This document shows, in pieces, positions 26,801-39,900 of a stretch of 64,000 nt of DNA; position 1 is the first letter of the stretch, and every line of letters begins with the position of its first letter. The DNA comes from Lingula anatina (lineage: Eukaryota > Animalia > Brachiopoda). The stretch covers positions 1,488,001 through 1,552,000 of the forward strand of contig CM120641.1 in NCBI GenBank assembly GCA_051362555.1, in the 5' to 3' direction. The position numbers were made by a program, and so were the translations under genes. Below the pieces are notes generated by a model. It was not told the DNA's origin, did not search any database, and worked only from the letters and a program-made list of their open reading frames with translations.

Positions 26801-29800
26801 GGAAATTAAAGAATTGTACTTTATTACCTCTGAATGTGCTTATGAAAAATTAAGGCATGGTAGCAGAGTTTATCACGCGTCTGTAAGTGTGAGATTTACC
26901 CAGAATCAAAGTGAAATGAAGGAAATATAACTCGACAATTTCGGCCAACATGCCGATTATTATCCATAGCAACACCGTAACATTTTGAGATATCTCCTAT
27001 CACAGAGAGTGTGCACCTTATTCCAGTCGATAGAAGATGACTTTTAATACGCAAAATAAACCTACCAAGTTTCATCAGAATTTATTCTGGCAACTTTTTT
27101 TGCCAGCTGTTGAAGTGCGTTTTTGTCCCTATTCCGCTAGATGTCAGCCATATTCTGACGTCATTTTTTTCAATACAGAAGCAAGTGAAGGTCTGCTGAC
27201 TTTTTCAAATATCGAAAATCAAAGTACTTATCTTTTATTTCAGTAACAAAACTATATTCCCAATAATTATAATAAAAAATCTCGGATGTCTTAATTCAAA
27301 ATGACGATTTTTATCATTATCGCACCTGCAGTTCTGCGCTGTCGATGAGAGTTCTTCACGAAATTTGTCGTCATACAGCAGTCTGCACAATTTTGAATGA
27401 AAAATCGACTTAGCATCAGAGTATCCAGTTTGTTCACCATTACGCACTAGGTCTCAAACTCTGTTGTTTATTTCCATTATCAAATTTCAACAAACAAAAC
27501 GACTTCAGAATTTAGCACTGCACGCGTCTTTGACACATTTCCACTTGGTGTAGGGGAGTTCAGTTTGTAGCAGACACTTGGCATGGCTTTTAATGGGAAA
27601 GGATCACTTAAGTAAACGATGTAAATCTTGATATTTTTTGCAAATACTCAATAGATTTAAAATCGTATTTGAAATTATTTATACAAAAATCTCAGTACAT
27701 GTTACTGAGCTGTCCCCCTCAATTCTTTCTTTTGCAAAAATGGACTGAGCCGCACACATTTGGAATGTGGCACTGGTATCTTTGATACAATTTGGATACT
27801 TTTTGGAGATTTGCACATGGGTCAACCAAGTACGCTTTCCATGGGGAACTTTGTTTACAAATTTTTCACTGCATGGAATGAACAGTACACGTTCTGGCAA
27901 TGACACTTTATTTGTATCAGGACACATATATAGCTCAAACATATTTCCATTAGTAAAAGTGTGTCGTGAGACTCGTGATCGTAGAATCCACTTATATTAT
28001 TTTTCTAACAATTCCATATTTTTAAGCTTGTATATTTTATAATTTACTACATGAATTTGGTGCTGGTCAAAGGAGAAACTATAAAGGGCAAAGATACACT
28101 TACAATCTTAAATTGGCGAGTTACACTCATGATAAAAACTATGAAACATTGAATGTAAAGTTCAATTTCAGTTAAACAAAACTCAAAAATGCAAAAATCT
28201 ATAAAGTCCTTTTTAATATAGTCTATCGCTTTCAGGCTTCTATTTGTATGTGTAACAAAAAAGTATCACTAATTTAATTGTTGTTTGATCATTTTTGAGA
28301 AGCTTGCGGTACAGATAAAATAAGAAAACTGTTTTAATTCTCTCATCCAATCTGCCATGAACAGCTAGGTTAAGTATGCCAGAAAACATATTGGCACATG
28401 CAGGCAGAAAAGCTCTTCATCTGTGAATTCTGAAATAATGAGAAATAAAGAAGCTGACAATAATTGTAATGAAAAAAATGACAATAAATAAAGAGCTAAC
28501 AGAGCAATTTTAGAATACGCTAAGGTACGTAGAGTGGTACGTATTACATATCATACAGGTACATGGTAAACCCATGGCATTCAATGAAAGTTAAACTAAA
28601 CAACATGAATTGTGTTTTACTTTAGAAGGCCTGCTTTACAAACGTAATCACTAACCAGAATTACCTTTGTTAAATGTTTGTCATCCTTTTCAGTTCTAGA
28701 GTTCAGCTACAACCCGCAACAGATCCACATTTATCCGCCTCTCTCACTTCTTTACACGTGTTCACTCCAATTTGTTTACGCAAACTCTTAATACATATGT
28801 AGGTCAACATTTAATCTCCTGCATAAATGATATAAAATTACGTAAATTCAAACCCTTTTCCTAAGGTAAGGCCCTTCAAAAATGATAAATTCTCATTAAT
28901 AAAATCATACAAAAGTGGCCCAATATTCCAAATGCATATCCACAAGCACATGTTTGCCTTTTGCGTATCACGCATCAAGAATAGGTGAAGGTCGTTCATA
29001 AAAATACTCACTGAAACTAGTTCAAACTGGATGTGTGCGATTCAGCATCGATTTCAGGTTAGTTTCAATTAAATGCGAATAAAATATGTAACCTTTAACG
29101 GTTTTTAGATAGAAAAATTTTATAGTTTGGCAGAAGTATCGAGAAGCGCCATTTTTTTCAAGATTTTTAGTTGAATGTTGGATTAGGGAACCGTGTGACC
29201 ATACTAGATAGTGTGCAAACTATTCCCTTCAAAATCTTAAACTTTGGATGATATTTTAACTCATATCTAAAAATGAAAAAAATTCAGGCTGGCAACTTTT
29301 TTTCTCGCAATATAGTCCCACCCCCTACGAGAGTCATTTTGAAACCGATTTTTTTTCATAAATTCAAAATCGTGAACATATTTCATTTTAATTTGTGGAT
29401 GTTTCAGTAATCCTTTGAAATCTTGAGTAAGAGCATGAACTTTTCTTATTATCTTTACAAAATCACAACTCAAAACGCCCTGGTTTGTTATTAAAAGGAT
29501 TTTATTTGCAAGGTACGGTTTTTCACGTCAGCCATCGCAGATGTCCAGAAACGGCGCTACTTCGTGACGCGGACTCACTGAAAAGTTTCAAATAACCGCC
29601 ATGACGTTACGTTTTTCAGCCAGTTGCCATATGACTGAGTATGTGTCCTACTGTCTAGGATTACCCCTGACACATGCCGCCGGCCTACATGAGACAACCG
29701 ACATATGGAGACGAAATTCACCGGCAGGAACCAAATAAAATGTGACTATATTTAAGGGGTTGATTAATAAGCCACTTAGAAGTTTAATCACTTACTTCTG

Positions 29801-29834
29801 CTGCCCCTTGCTCAACAAATTCCTCACTGTACAT
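14414..29834 (-). CDS. EIF3L: Eukaryotic translation initiation factor 3 subunit L (complete, 18 coding exons)
   Basis: Exons 29834-29796 ([13 protein letters not shown]), 21976-21925, 21690-21543, 21230-21089, 20732-20663, 20485-20412 ([18 protein letters not shown]), 20127-20047, 19359-19269, 18641-18487 ([24 protein letters not shown]), 17974-17804, 17256-17123, 16831-16732, 16438-16365, 15874-15817, 15577-15539, 15278-15186, 14762-14682 ([27 protein letters not shown]), 14437-14414. Motifs match metazoan eIF3L. Confidence 0.97.
19869..20088 (-). repeat. 5 x 44-bp tandem repeat covering an eIF3L exon end and its splice donor
   Basis: Plus-strand unit acctt(a/g)gg(a/g)ttcctcctcaaatgttccacctcatcctcagactt starts at 19869, 19913, 19957, 20001 and 20045. 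Confidence 0.95.
20803..20858. repeat. (TA)n microsatellite
   Basis: Pure TA run. Confidence 0.95.
24047..24202. mobile_element. hAT-type MITE
   Basis: cagtgtt...gctggaccg at the left pairs with cggtccagc...aacactg at the right. 8-bp TSD tatgcttg on both sides. Confidence 0.85.
26699..29637. mobile_element. Inner TIR DNA transposon nested in the right TIR of the outer element
   Basis: Perfect 21-bp TIR cagtcatatggcaactggctg / cagccagttgccatatgactg and 3-bp TSD AGT. Subterminal regions resemble those of the outer element. Only short, broken ORF fragments inside. Confidence 0.8.
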
Positions 29835-30800
29835 TTTCAATAGATTCTTGCAGTGCACGCAGGACCCTGCACACACGAGGGAAAATGGCGGCGTATTTTT
29901 TTTCTGATTTGGTCGTTGAAAAACGACCAAAGAATTTTTAAATAACACGTAAAAGTACTTCAAACACTTAGTGGCCATATATATTTCTCTATTATAATTA
30001 AAAATTACAGTAAGACAGACAACGGTACCTCTGTTGAATATTAAACAATTTATATTAATTTATTTTCTTTCAGAAAATTTGCGGAACTAGTCAACGTGTG
30101 TGTAAGGCGCATGGGGGTACATGGGGACTTTACGACATTCGGTTTGAATGCTTTAACCACTTTTGATAGGGCTTTTATGTATTGTATTAGATTTATGTGG
30201 CAGTCTAAGGTTGTTCTAGGTGGTTTTTAAATGTATGCAACTCGGTTTAAAATCATATAGCGATTTTACGACAATTGTTTAGTAAAAGTCAAGGTGAGAC
30301 TGACAGCCGAGCGTGAATTTTCTTACGGAAAGGTGTTTATCGTCCTTTCTAAATGTATTTTCACTATTGCATTATTGAACTTGGATGGTTAGAATGTGAA
30401 AAATGGCTATTGAGGCAGTATAACTGGAAGTGATTGAGTTGCACGCGATGATGTCACCACGATAATGATGATGGGGAAATTCATGACATGAGTCCGTAGG
30501 GTATTTCCAAAGACGGTCGAAAGAAACCCCGAAACTACTGGTATTTCCGACGCCAGTTTCCATCGCTTAGCTGTAAATTATTCTGATTTTGGAAGCATAG
30601 GCCTGGAACAATTGTCCGTACAGTAGCAAGTTATACCAGGACTGTATCTAAATCTACAGATTGATATTTAATTAACAGCGAAAGACTGGGGCTGTGCAAT
30701 CCAACAGAGGGACGCAGGCTTTGTGCATAATCTATAAAGGATTTGGTTTTGTACAACAATGTGACAATACGCTTTCAAAACGACTGACTAGTTACGGAAC
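29835..30800. promoter_or_regulatory. Divergent promoter region between eIF3L and receptor C, with kB-like sites
   Basis: Start codons lie ~1.1 kb apart, head to head. GGGACTTTAC (~30124), GGGGAAATTC (~30473), GGGTATTTCC (~30499), and TATAAAG at ~30734 on the plus strand. Confidence 0.55.
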
Positions 30801-30922
30801 CGTATTTATGCAACTGGTTTTAGATTTTGATATAGAAACACATTCTTGAAAAACCTCAAGAACATTCTTATTGTTATTGCATATATGAATAGGAAATGCA
30901 CATCTGCACAAGACTTATTCAG

Positions 30923-33900
30923 ATGGGGAATTCTGTTTTTAAGCAGATGATTCCTGTATTCATTTGGACACTGATAGCAGTGATTGCACTCTGTATTCCT
31001 GCCAGCAATGCAGCACACATTGACTGCACATGGGACACTTACAGAGACAAAGGAACCAATAGATGCGAGCCTTGCAGTAATCTCTGTCTTCCAGCTAGAG
31101 GAATGATGGAGGAATGCAGGAGACGCTGTGAAGGTAATTGAGATGTCGTTTTCTTACAACACGTATGAATAATTTTGTCTGAGCACATAAGCACTGAGCA
31201 TTTCATTTTATTTTGTTTTCTGTTCTGATGTAAGAATTTAATCCCCTTTGGTACTTCTTAAATTTTAGTAGCATTTTACTCATAAAAAATTATACACAGG
31301 TTTATGGTTTGCATTTATCTGTGGGGGGGGGGGGGGGGGGGGGCGACAGTATGACTAGTTTAGAGATATATTGTAATATGTTAACTGACATTGACAAAAT
31401 CAATATAAATGGCCTTTGTGTAGCCTGTGCTGAAAAATTTCCCTGATAGCCCATTTGGGACATATGGGTCTGACAACATGAGTACAGACACATGCCACTG
31501 TAGCAGAATTATTGGTGAGCAACTGAACAAAGTCACAAAATTTTTCTTGTCTTGATTCAGTATTGCTAACGTACCAGTCTGTGGTGTGGGAACAGTGCAT
31601 AGTGACATTCCAAGATGCATGCGATAATGGATGGGTTTTTTTTTTCTTCTTCTTTATTTATTTATTTTTTTTTTTTGAATCTTTCAATTTTATTTTTTTC
31701 TGTAGACTTCTTACAGAGGAAGGCTGCGGATGCAGAACCTGTCGTTGACAATAAAGAACCTGTCGAGGACAAGGATGAACCTGAAGGAAATCTGCCGGGC
31801 TGGGCGACTGCATTGGTGGTGGTACTGGTTGTCTTGATCTCTGGCTTGATCTCTGCTGCCATACTTTACAAAATTAACAAATGCAAGAGGAGAAATACTC
31901 AACATGCAGGTACTCACACTTTACAAAGTAGATAGAAACTGTCTTTTAAAAAAGTAAGAAAAAGACTGATAGATTACTTAATGGCAAGTTTATCTTTGTT
32001 GTATATCTATTTTGTAATTTATTGTTATAATTAGTACCACCAGCGTGTACGCTGGCGGTACTCATGGTTTTAGTCCCGACCCGTCACGTACAGTTCCGCT
32101 GGCTCCTGCGGCTCCGCAGGATGGCGTGGGATACAAGTCACCACTTCTCCTCCTAGACTGCAAGGACCTGTGTCCCCATCTATTGGATTTAGGTCACATA
32201 TAATCTCAGCTTGAACCCCCTGGTTTTTTTTGTCTCAGTCGGTGCATTGGCCTGGGCGTGAGGCTTGTTGAAACGCACCCTTGTCAAAATTTTTGAAAAT
32301 TCAAGCCAAATATCTCCCAACCCGAAGGAATTATGGGAAAAATTTCTACAGATGGCTGACCGAAAGTCATATGTGGAGATTTCAAATATGCCCTTGGATT
32401 TGACCTTTGACCTTTATTTCAAAGTCAAACGGGCCAAAATTTTCTAAAAATGGGAATTTTTTTGCGAAAATTGTTTTATTTCTGCCAATTTTCAGAAACT
32501 ACACAGATTTAACCAATAATATTGTGGGCAGGTGTTACCCTTAGGGTTATCTTTCATCTTCTTGCGTTTGGGGTTAATCGGTGCATTTTCACAGGAGTAG
32601 CAGCCGTTAGATGCTGAAATTGAAAACTCTCTAATTCTGGAACCGTTAATGCTAGAGACCTCTTGTTTTATGTACAGACACAGATGTGTCTGTACATATT
32701 GCCATCACCTGCGTCTGTCGTCGCCGATCATGTCGCTGTCGCCGTGCACTTTCAGCGTTAACACCATAAGTGGAAGACAGTTTTACTTTTTGGCTTTATA
32801 TTTACAGAGCTGACTAATATTCATAAAACGCAGGTCAAGTTCGAAAATCAGCATGATCGGGCCATTATTGTAGAATTTATGCTGTTTTTCCACTTTTTAG
32901 CATATATGCAACACTGTTAACACATTTCAAGGAAAACCGATAGGCCTGTTGTCATGAAACTCACAGGAGTAATCAGTCTTACTAAAACGCAGATCAAGTT
33001 CGAAAATCGGCATGATCGGGCCACTATTTTAGTAGTTATGCTGTTTTTTCACTTTTCAGCATATATGCAACACTGTTAGCACATTTCAAGGAAAACCGAT
33101 AGACCTGTTGTCATGAAACTCACAGGAGTAATCAATCTTACTAAAACGCAGGTCAAGTTCAAAAATCGGCATGATTGGGCCACTATTTTACTAGTTATGC
33201 TGTTTTTTACACTTTTCAGCATATATATGCAACACTGTAAACACAATATAAGAAAAACAGATGGGCCAATTGTTATGAAAGTCACAGGAGTGGTCAGTTT
33301 TACTAAAATGCAGGTTGAGTTCGTAAATCAGCATAATCGTGCCATTATTTTAGAAGGTATGCTGTTTTTTCACATTTCCTCAGATTCAATTTTTAGGCAT
33401 GTTAACAGTCTCATTATTAAACTAATAAGATACGTGAAAGTGTTTGTTTGACATTTCCTGCATCTTTACAACATTGTTAGTTGATTTTGTAAAAATGATG
33501 GTAAACATGTTATCGTGTATTGTGTAATAAAGTTTCAAAAATGGAAATAAACTCATATCATTGCAGTTTGTCAGATTCAATCATTCACTATGTTCAGAAT
33601 CTCAGAATGGAAGAAATTGGACATTTAACACTGCTTTATTGATATTTTTCTCATCTCATCAATTTTTTTAGTTGATCATATAAAAATGGCAGTAAACTGT
33701 TAATTTTGTTTTATGTTAAAAATTGTTATAAATGGGGAAAAAAACATTTCAGAACAGTACTGTCTTGTTTACATTTTGGCATTTTCAAGTTGTGACTTTG
33801 AAGTTCCATGGGCCTGAAGACCTTTGCTAGTAACATTTTCTGAATATCCATGATACTAATATTTTATTATTAAAAATTGATGGTCATTATGCTGTTAAAC

Positions 33901-36900
33901 ATTATGTAATATTGCATCAAAATTTGAAAAAAACCTATTTTGGGCACTGCTCCCATGATTACCTTTTAAGAAAAACCATGTCACTTACTGTTCTCAAACT
34001 TACAGGAAAGAAACATGGGACTAAAATACAGCTTCAGTAGAACGCAATCTGCCAGTTAAACAGTTTTTTTGTGAAAATTTAATTTTTCACATATTGGCAT
34101 TTTCAAGGTGTGACTTTGAAGTTCCACAGGCTTGAAGACCCAGGCTAGTCACATTTTCTGAAAATCCATGATACATATATTTTGTTATTAAAAATTGATT
34201 GTCATTATGCAGTTAACCATTATGTAATATTGCATCAGAATAGAAGAAAACATAATTTTGGGTGCTGCTGCCATGATGACCATTATGGGAAAACCATGTT
34301 ACTTATGATTGCCAAACTTTCAAAAAAGAAATACAGGACTAAAATGCAGCCTGAGTTGAAAAAGCAGTTTAATTGACTTCTTTTTCTGGAAGTTTTACAT
34401 TTTCAAAGTGTGAACTTGAACTCCCATGGGCCTGAAGCCTTATGCTTGTTTCACATTTTACTTACATTGGTATTACCTGTTGAGCATAATTAAAATTTGA
34501 TGTTGAATTTGCAGTTTAACATAATGTACTTTTGCATCAGAATTGACAGTAGCCTATTTTGTTATTTCCTGCTTTTTGTCTGTACATTTGACAGCTTTGC
34601 TGCCTTGTTTCCATTTTGTAGAGCTTGTCAAGTGCAACACTGAAGGTGGTTTCCGTTTTTTGTTTTCGATACGGCGTATTTGTTGTACTATATCAAAAAG
34701 TTCAACATCCAATATTCAGTGGTGAAAATAAAATGTGAAATACTCCAAAATTAGCAGAGACATGCCCATAGCTACTGTTGAACTTGAATAGGAAGTCATA
34801 TACTGGTAATCTATCTGTGACCTTGAAATTGACCTTTGACCTATTTTTCATGGTGAACTGCCCTTTGGAAGTTTTCTGATCTTTATATCTCCAAAACTGG
34901 CAAAGATATGCCCATAGTTACTATTGAACTTGAATAGGAGTCATATACTGGCAATCTTACTGTGATCCTGAAATTGACCTTTGGCCTTATTTTCACCATG
35001 AACTGAACTTTGGAAATTTTCTTTCCCTTATATCTCGAAAACTGGCAGAGATAGGCCCATAGTTACTATTGAACTTCAATAGGAAGACCTTTCACCTACT
35101 TGTTATGATGAACTGTACTGTGCATGTTTTCTGGCCTTTATATCTCCAAAATTGGCAAAGAAATATCCATAGTTAGTATTGAACCTGAATAGGAAGTCAT
35201 AAACTGACCTTGAAATTGACCTTTGATCTACTTTTTTTATCATGAACTGAACTTGCATATTTTCTTGCCCCTCTAATCTTCAAAACTAAGAGAGATGCCC
35301 AGTGTTGCCTGTAGGTTTTTTTTTCTTTTGTCAGCATATATGCAACACTTAACACATTTCAAGGAAAACTAACAGGCCTATTGTCTAGAAAATCACTGGA
35401 GTGATCAGTGTTAGGAAAATACAGGTCAATATTGGAAAAACCACTTGATTGGACCATTTTTACAGTTATGTTCTTTGTGTATTTTTGCATATTTTGAGAA
35501 CTCTTGTTTATTGCATTTTATAGAGCTTGTCAAGCACAAGACTGATAGTGGTGTCCCTTTTTTTTTTGGTTTTCCATCCGAATGCGCTTACTCCAGCTGG
35601 TGGTACAATATCCGGAGGCGGTATTGCCTCTCTGATCCTATAGTTATCATTGTTATTGAAGGGTGAGATCAAAATCACTTGATTCATCCCTCCTCTCTGA
35701 AATAGATTCATTTGCCCTTTAATAAATCACACATTGAGCACATATATCTTTTTAGATCAAGATACATCTGTGATGCAACCAATGGACCCAGCTGGAGATC
35801 AGCCTGAAGAAGAGGACAGACCATGCCGTAAGAAAAGGACTGATAGATTTCTTTATGACAAAGTTATCTTTCATGCACATCTATTCTATAATTTATTATA
35901 GTTATTGTACCACCAGCGTTGGCGCTGGTGGTACACATGGTTTTAGTCCCGCCCGGATCATTCCGCCGGCTCCGCCGGACGGCTACCGTCACCGCTTCTC
36001 CTCCTAGACGGTAAGGGCCCCCGTACCCATCTCTTGGATTTAGGTCACCTATAATCTCAACTCGTTCCACGTAAAATTTGGCTTTGTCGGTATTGGGGTC
36101 TAGGTGTGGCACTCATTGCAATGCACCCTTGTCTAAAAATGGCAAAATTAAATGCTAATTATCTACCCTACGGAAGGAATTATGGGAAAAATTTCTACAG
36201 ACGGCTTTCCAAAAGTCATATGTGTAGATTTCAAATATGCCATTGGATTTGACCTTTGACCTTTATTTCAAGGTCAAACGGGCCAAAAGTTTCAAAAAAA
36301 TGAATTTTTTTACGAAAAAAAAATTATTTGCCCTGTTATTCAGACACCACACAGATTTAACCAATAATATTATTGGAAAGTGTTACCCTTCAGGTCATCT
36401 TTCATCTCCGTGAATTTTGGGTCAATCGGTGCATTTTCACGAGAGTAGCGGCCATAAGATACCGAAACTGAAAACTGTCTGTAATTCGGGAACCGTTAAT
36501 GCTAGAGACCCATTCTTTTTTGCATTTTGTAGAGCATGTAAAGCCCAACACTGGAGGTGGTCTCTGTTTTTTTGTATTCCATATGGTTTTCGAGCTACGC
36601 TGTATCAAAAAGTACTTATTGGTGGTGAAAGCAAAATGTGCAGTACGGTAATGATTAATAAATTTTGAACTCCAGAAAAATAAAACATAAGGCTTGGCAA
36701 AGCAGACAACTTGTGGTCAAAAATGACATTATTTCATCAAATATGAACTTCTGGAACTTCAGAGCACCTCCCATTTCAAGAATTTTGACCAAAATGACCT
36801 TTTCTTTATTTTAATTAAAGTGATAATAACTCTTCGTTTCGGCCAAAAAATGAATTTTCCTGGAGTAAACAACAATTTTCCCATACTTACCAATGGTTAA

Positions 36901-39900
36901 TGAATCCATTTTTACATTCAAAGTTAGTCCCTGGTTTTTTTCTAAAAAGTTTGGTTTTTTGTTAAAATCTCTTAAGAGATTTTAACAGAGTATAGCCATC
37001 AATGGAGGTCACGTGGTCTAAAGACAAGCTCAGATATCAGAATAATAGCTATAACAGCCGTTTTTGTGAGAAAACAGAATATATTATATTTTTATGAGTC
37101 ACTCACAATGTTTTTATTGTGAAATACAGATTTCATACGAAGAGTTATTATCCCTTTAATTTTTTCTGTAGGAAATTTATGGCACATTATGGTAACCCCA
37201 AAATTATAACATTTAGTCCCTTATATCTCCAAAACTGGCAGAGATAGGTCCATAGTTACTATTGAAGTTGAATAGGAAGTCATATACTGGCAATCTTACT
37301 GTGACCTTGAAATTGACCTTTGACCTACTTTTCACCATGAACTGAACTTTGCAAATTTTGCTTCCCTTTTATCTCCAAAACTGGCAGAGATAGGTCTATA
37401 GTTACTATTGAACTTGAATGGGAAGTCATATACTGGCAATCTTAATGTGACCTTGAAATTGACCTTTGACCTACTTTTCACCATGAACTGAACTTTGCAA
37501 ATTTTGGTTCCCTTTTATCTCCAAAACTGGCAGAGATAGGTCCATAGTTTCTATTGAAGTTGAATAGGGAGTCATACTGGCAATCTAAGTGTGACCTTGA
37601 AATTGACCCTTGACCTACTTTTCACCATGAACTGAACTTTGCAAATTTTGCTTCCCTTTTATCTCCAAAACTGGCAGAGATAGGTCCATAGTTACTATTG
37701 AAGTTGAATAGGAAGTCATATACTGGCAATCTTACTGTGACCTTGAAATTGACCTTTGACCTACTTTTCACCATGAACTGAACTTTGCAAATTTTGCTTC
37801 CCTTTTATCTCCAAAACTGGCAGAGATAGGTCCATAGTTACTATTGAACTTGAATAGTAAGTCATATACTGGCAATCTAAATGTGACCTTAAAATTGACC
37901 TTTGACCTACTTTTCACCATGAACTGAACCTTGCAAATTTTGGTTCCCTTTTATCTCCAAAACTGGCCGAGATAGGTCCATAGTTACTATTGAAGTTGAA
38001 TAGGAAGTCATATACTGGCAATCTTACTGTGACCTTGAAATTGACCCTTGACCTACTTTTCACCATGAACTGAACTTTGCAAATTTTGCTTCCCTTTTAT
38101 CTCCAAAACTGGCAGAGATAGGTCCATAGTTACTATTGAACTTGAATAGTAAGTCATATACTGGCAATCTAAATGTGACCTTAAAATTGACCTTTGACCT
38201 ACTTTTCACCATGAACTGAACCTTGCAAATTTTGGTTCCCTTTTATCTCCAAAACTGGCCGAGATAGGTCCATAGTTACTATTGAACTTGAATAGCAAGT
38301 CATATACTGGCAATCTTACTGTGACCTTGAAATTGACCCTTGACCTACTTTTCACCATGAACTGAACTTTGCAAATTTTGCTTCCCTTTTATCTCCAAAA
38401 CTGGCAGAGATAGGTCCATAGTTACTATTGAAGTCGAATAGGAAGTCATATACTGGCAATCTTACTGTGACCTTGAAATTGACCTTTGACCTACTTTTCA
38501 CCATGAACTGAACTTTGCAAATTTTGCTTCCCTTTTATCTCCAAAACTGGCAGAGATAGGTCCATAGTTACTATTGAACTTGAATAGGAAGTCATATACT
38601 GGCAATCTAAATCTGACCTTGAAATTGACCTTTGACCTACTTTTCACCATGAATTGAACTTTGCAAATTTTGCTTCCCTTTTATCTCCAAAACTGGCAGA
38701 GATAGGTCCATAGTTACTATTAATCTTGAATAGGAAGTCATATACTGGCAATCTTACTGTGACCTTGAAATTGACCTTTGATCTACTTTTTTTATCATGA
38801 ACTGAACTTGCATATTTTCTTGCCCCTCTAATCTTCAAAACTAAGAGAGATGCCCAGTGTTGCCTGTAGGGTCTTTTTTTCTTTTGTCAGCATATATGCA
38901 ACACTTAACACATTTCAAGGAAAACTAACAGGCCTATTGTCTAGAAAATCACAGGAGTGATCAATGTTAGGAAAATACAGGTCAATTGGAAAAACCACTT
39001 GATTGGACCATTTTTACAGTTATGTTCTTTGTGTATTTTTGCATATTTTGAGAACTCTTGTTTATTGCATTTAATAGAGCTTGTCAAGCACAAGACTGAT
39101 AGTGGTGTCCCTTTTTTTTTGGTTTTCCATCCGAATGCGCTTACTCCAGCTGGTGGTACAATATCCGGAGGCGGTATTGCCTCTCTGATCCTATAGTTAT
39201 CATTGTTATTGAAGGGTGAGATCAAAATCACTTGATTCATCCCTCCTCTCTGAAATAGATTCATTTGCCCTTTAATAAATCACACATTGAGCACATATAT
39301 CTTTTTAGATCAAGATACATCTGTGATGCAACCAATGGACCCAGCTGGAGATCAGCCTGAAGAAGAGGACAGACCATGCCGTAAGAAAAGGACTGATAGA
39401 TTACTTTATGACAAAGTTATCTTTCTTGCACATCTATTCTATAATTTATTATAGTTATTGTACCACCAGCGTTAGCGCTGGCGGTACACATGGTTTTAGT
39501 CCCGTCCGAATCGTTCTGCCGGCTCCGCCGGACAGCTACCGTCACCGCTTCTCCTCCTAGACGGTAAGGGCCCCCGTACCCATCTCTTGGATTTAGGTCA
39601 CCTATAATCTCAACTCGTTCCACGTAAATTTGGCTTTGTCGGTATTGGGGTCTAGGTGTGGCACTCATTGCAATGCACCCTTGTCTAAAAATGGCAAAAT
39701 TAAATGCTAATTATCTACCCTACGGAAGGAATTATGGGAAAAATTTCTACAGACGGCTTTCCAAAAGTCATATGTGTAGATTTCAAATATGCCATTGGAT
39801 TTGACCTTTGACCTTTATTTCAAGGTCAAACGGGCCAAAAGTTTCAAAAAAATGAATTTTTTTACGAAAAAAAAATTATTTGCCCTGTTATTCAGACACC

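Larger units (their letters stand above)
22602..29653. mobile_element. Outer non-autonomous TIR DNA transposon (possibly Academ-like), filling most of eIF3L intron 1
   Basis: Left end cagtaggacacatactgtc. The right end gacagt/atgtgtcctactg is restored once the nested element is removed. 4-bp TSD TCTA. Subterminal motif agagagtgtgcgggaaattcc at 22903 and 26293. The superfamily is inferred only from the CAG..CTG ends and TSD length. Confidence 0.75.

Noticed and set aside
37215-38800. Regular repeat array as a CRISPR-like locus
   Set aside because: The units are contiguous, near-identical 146-bp monomers without unique spacers, in a eukaryotic intron. This is satellite DNA.
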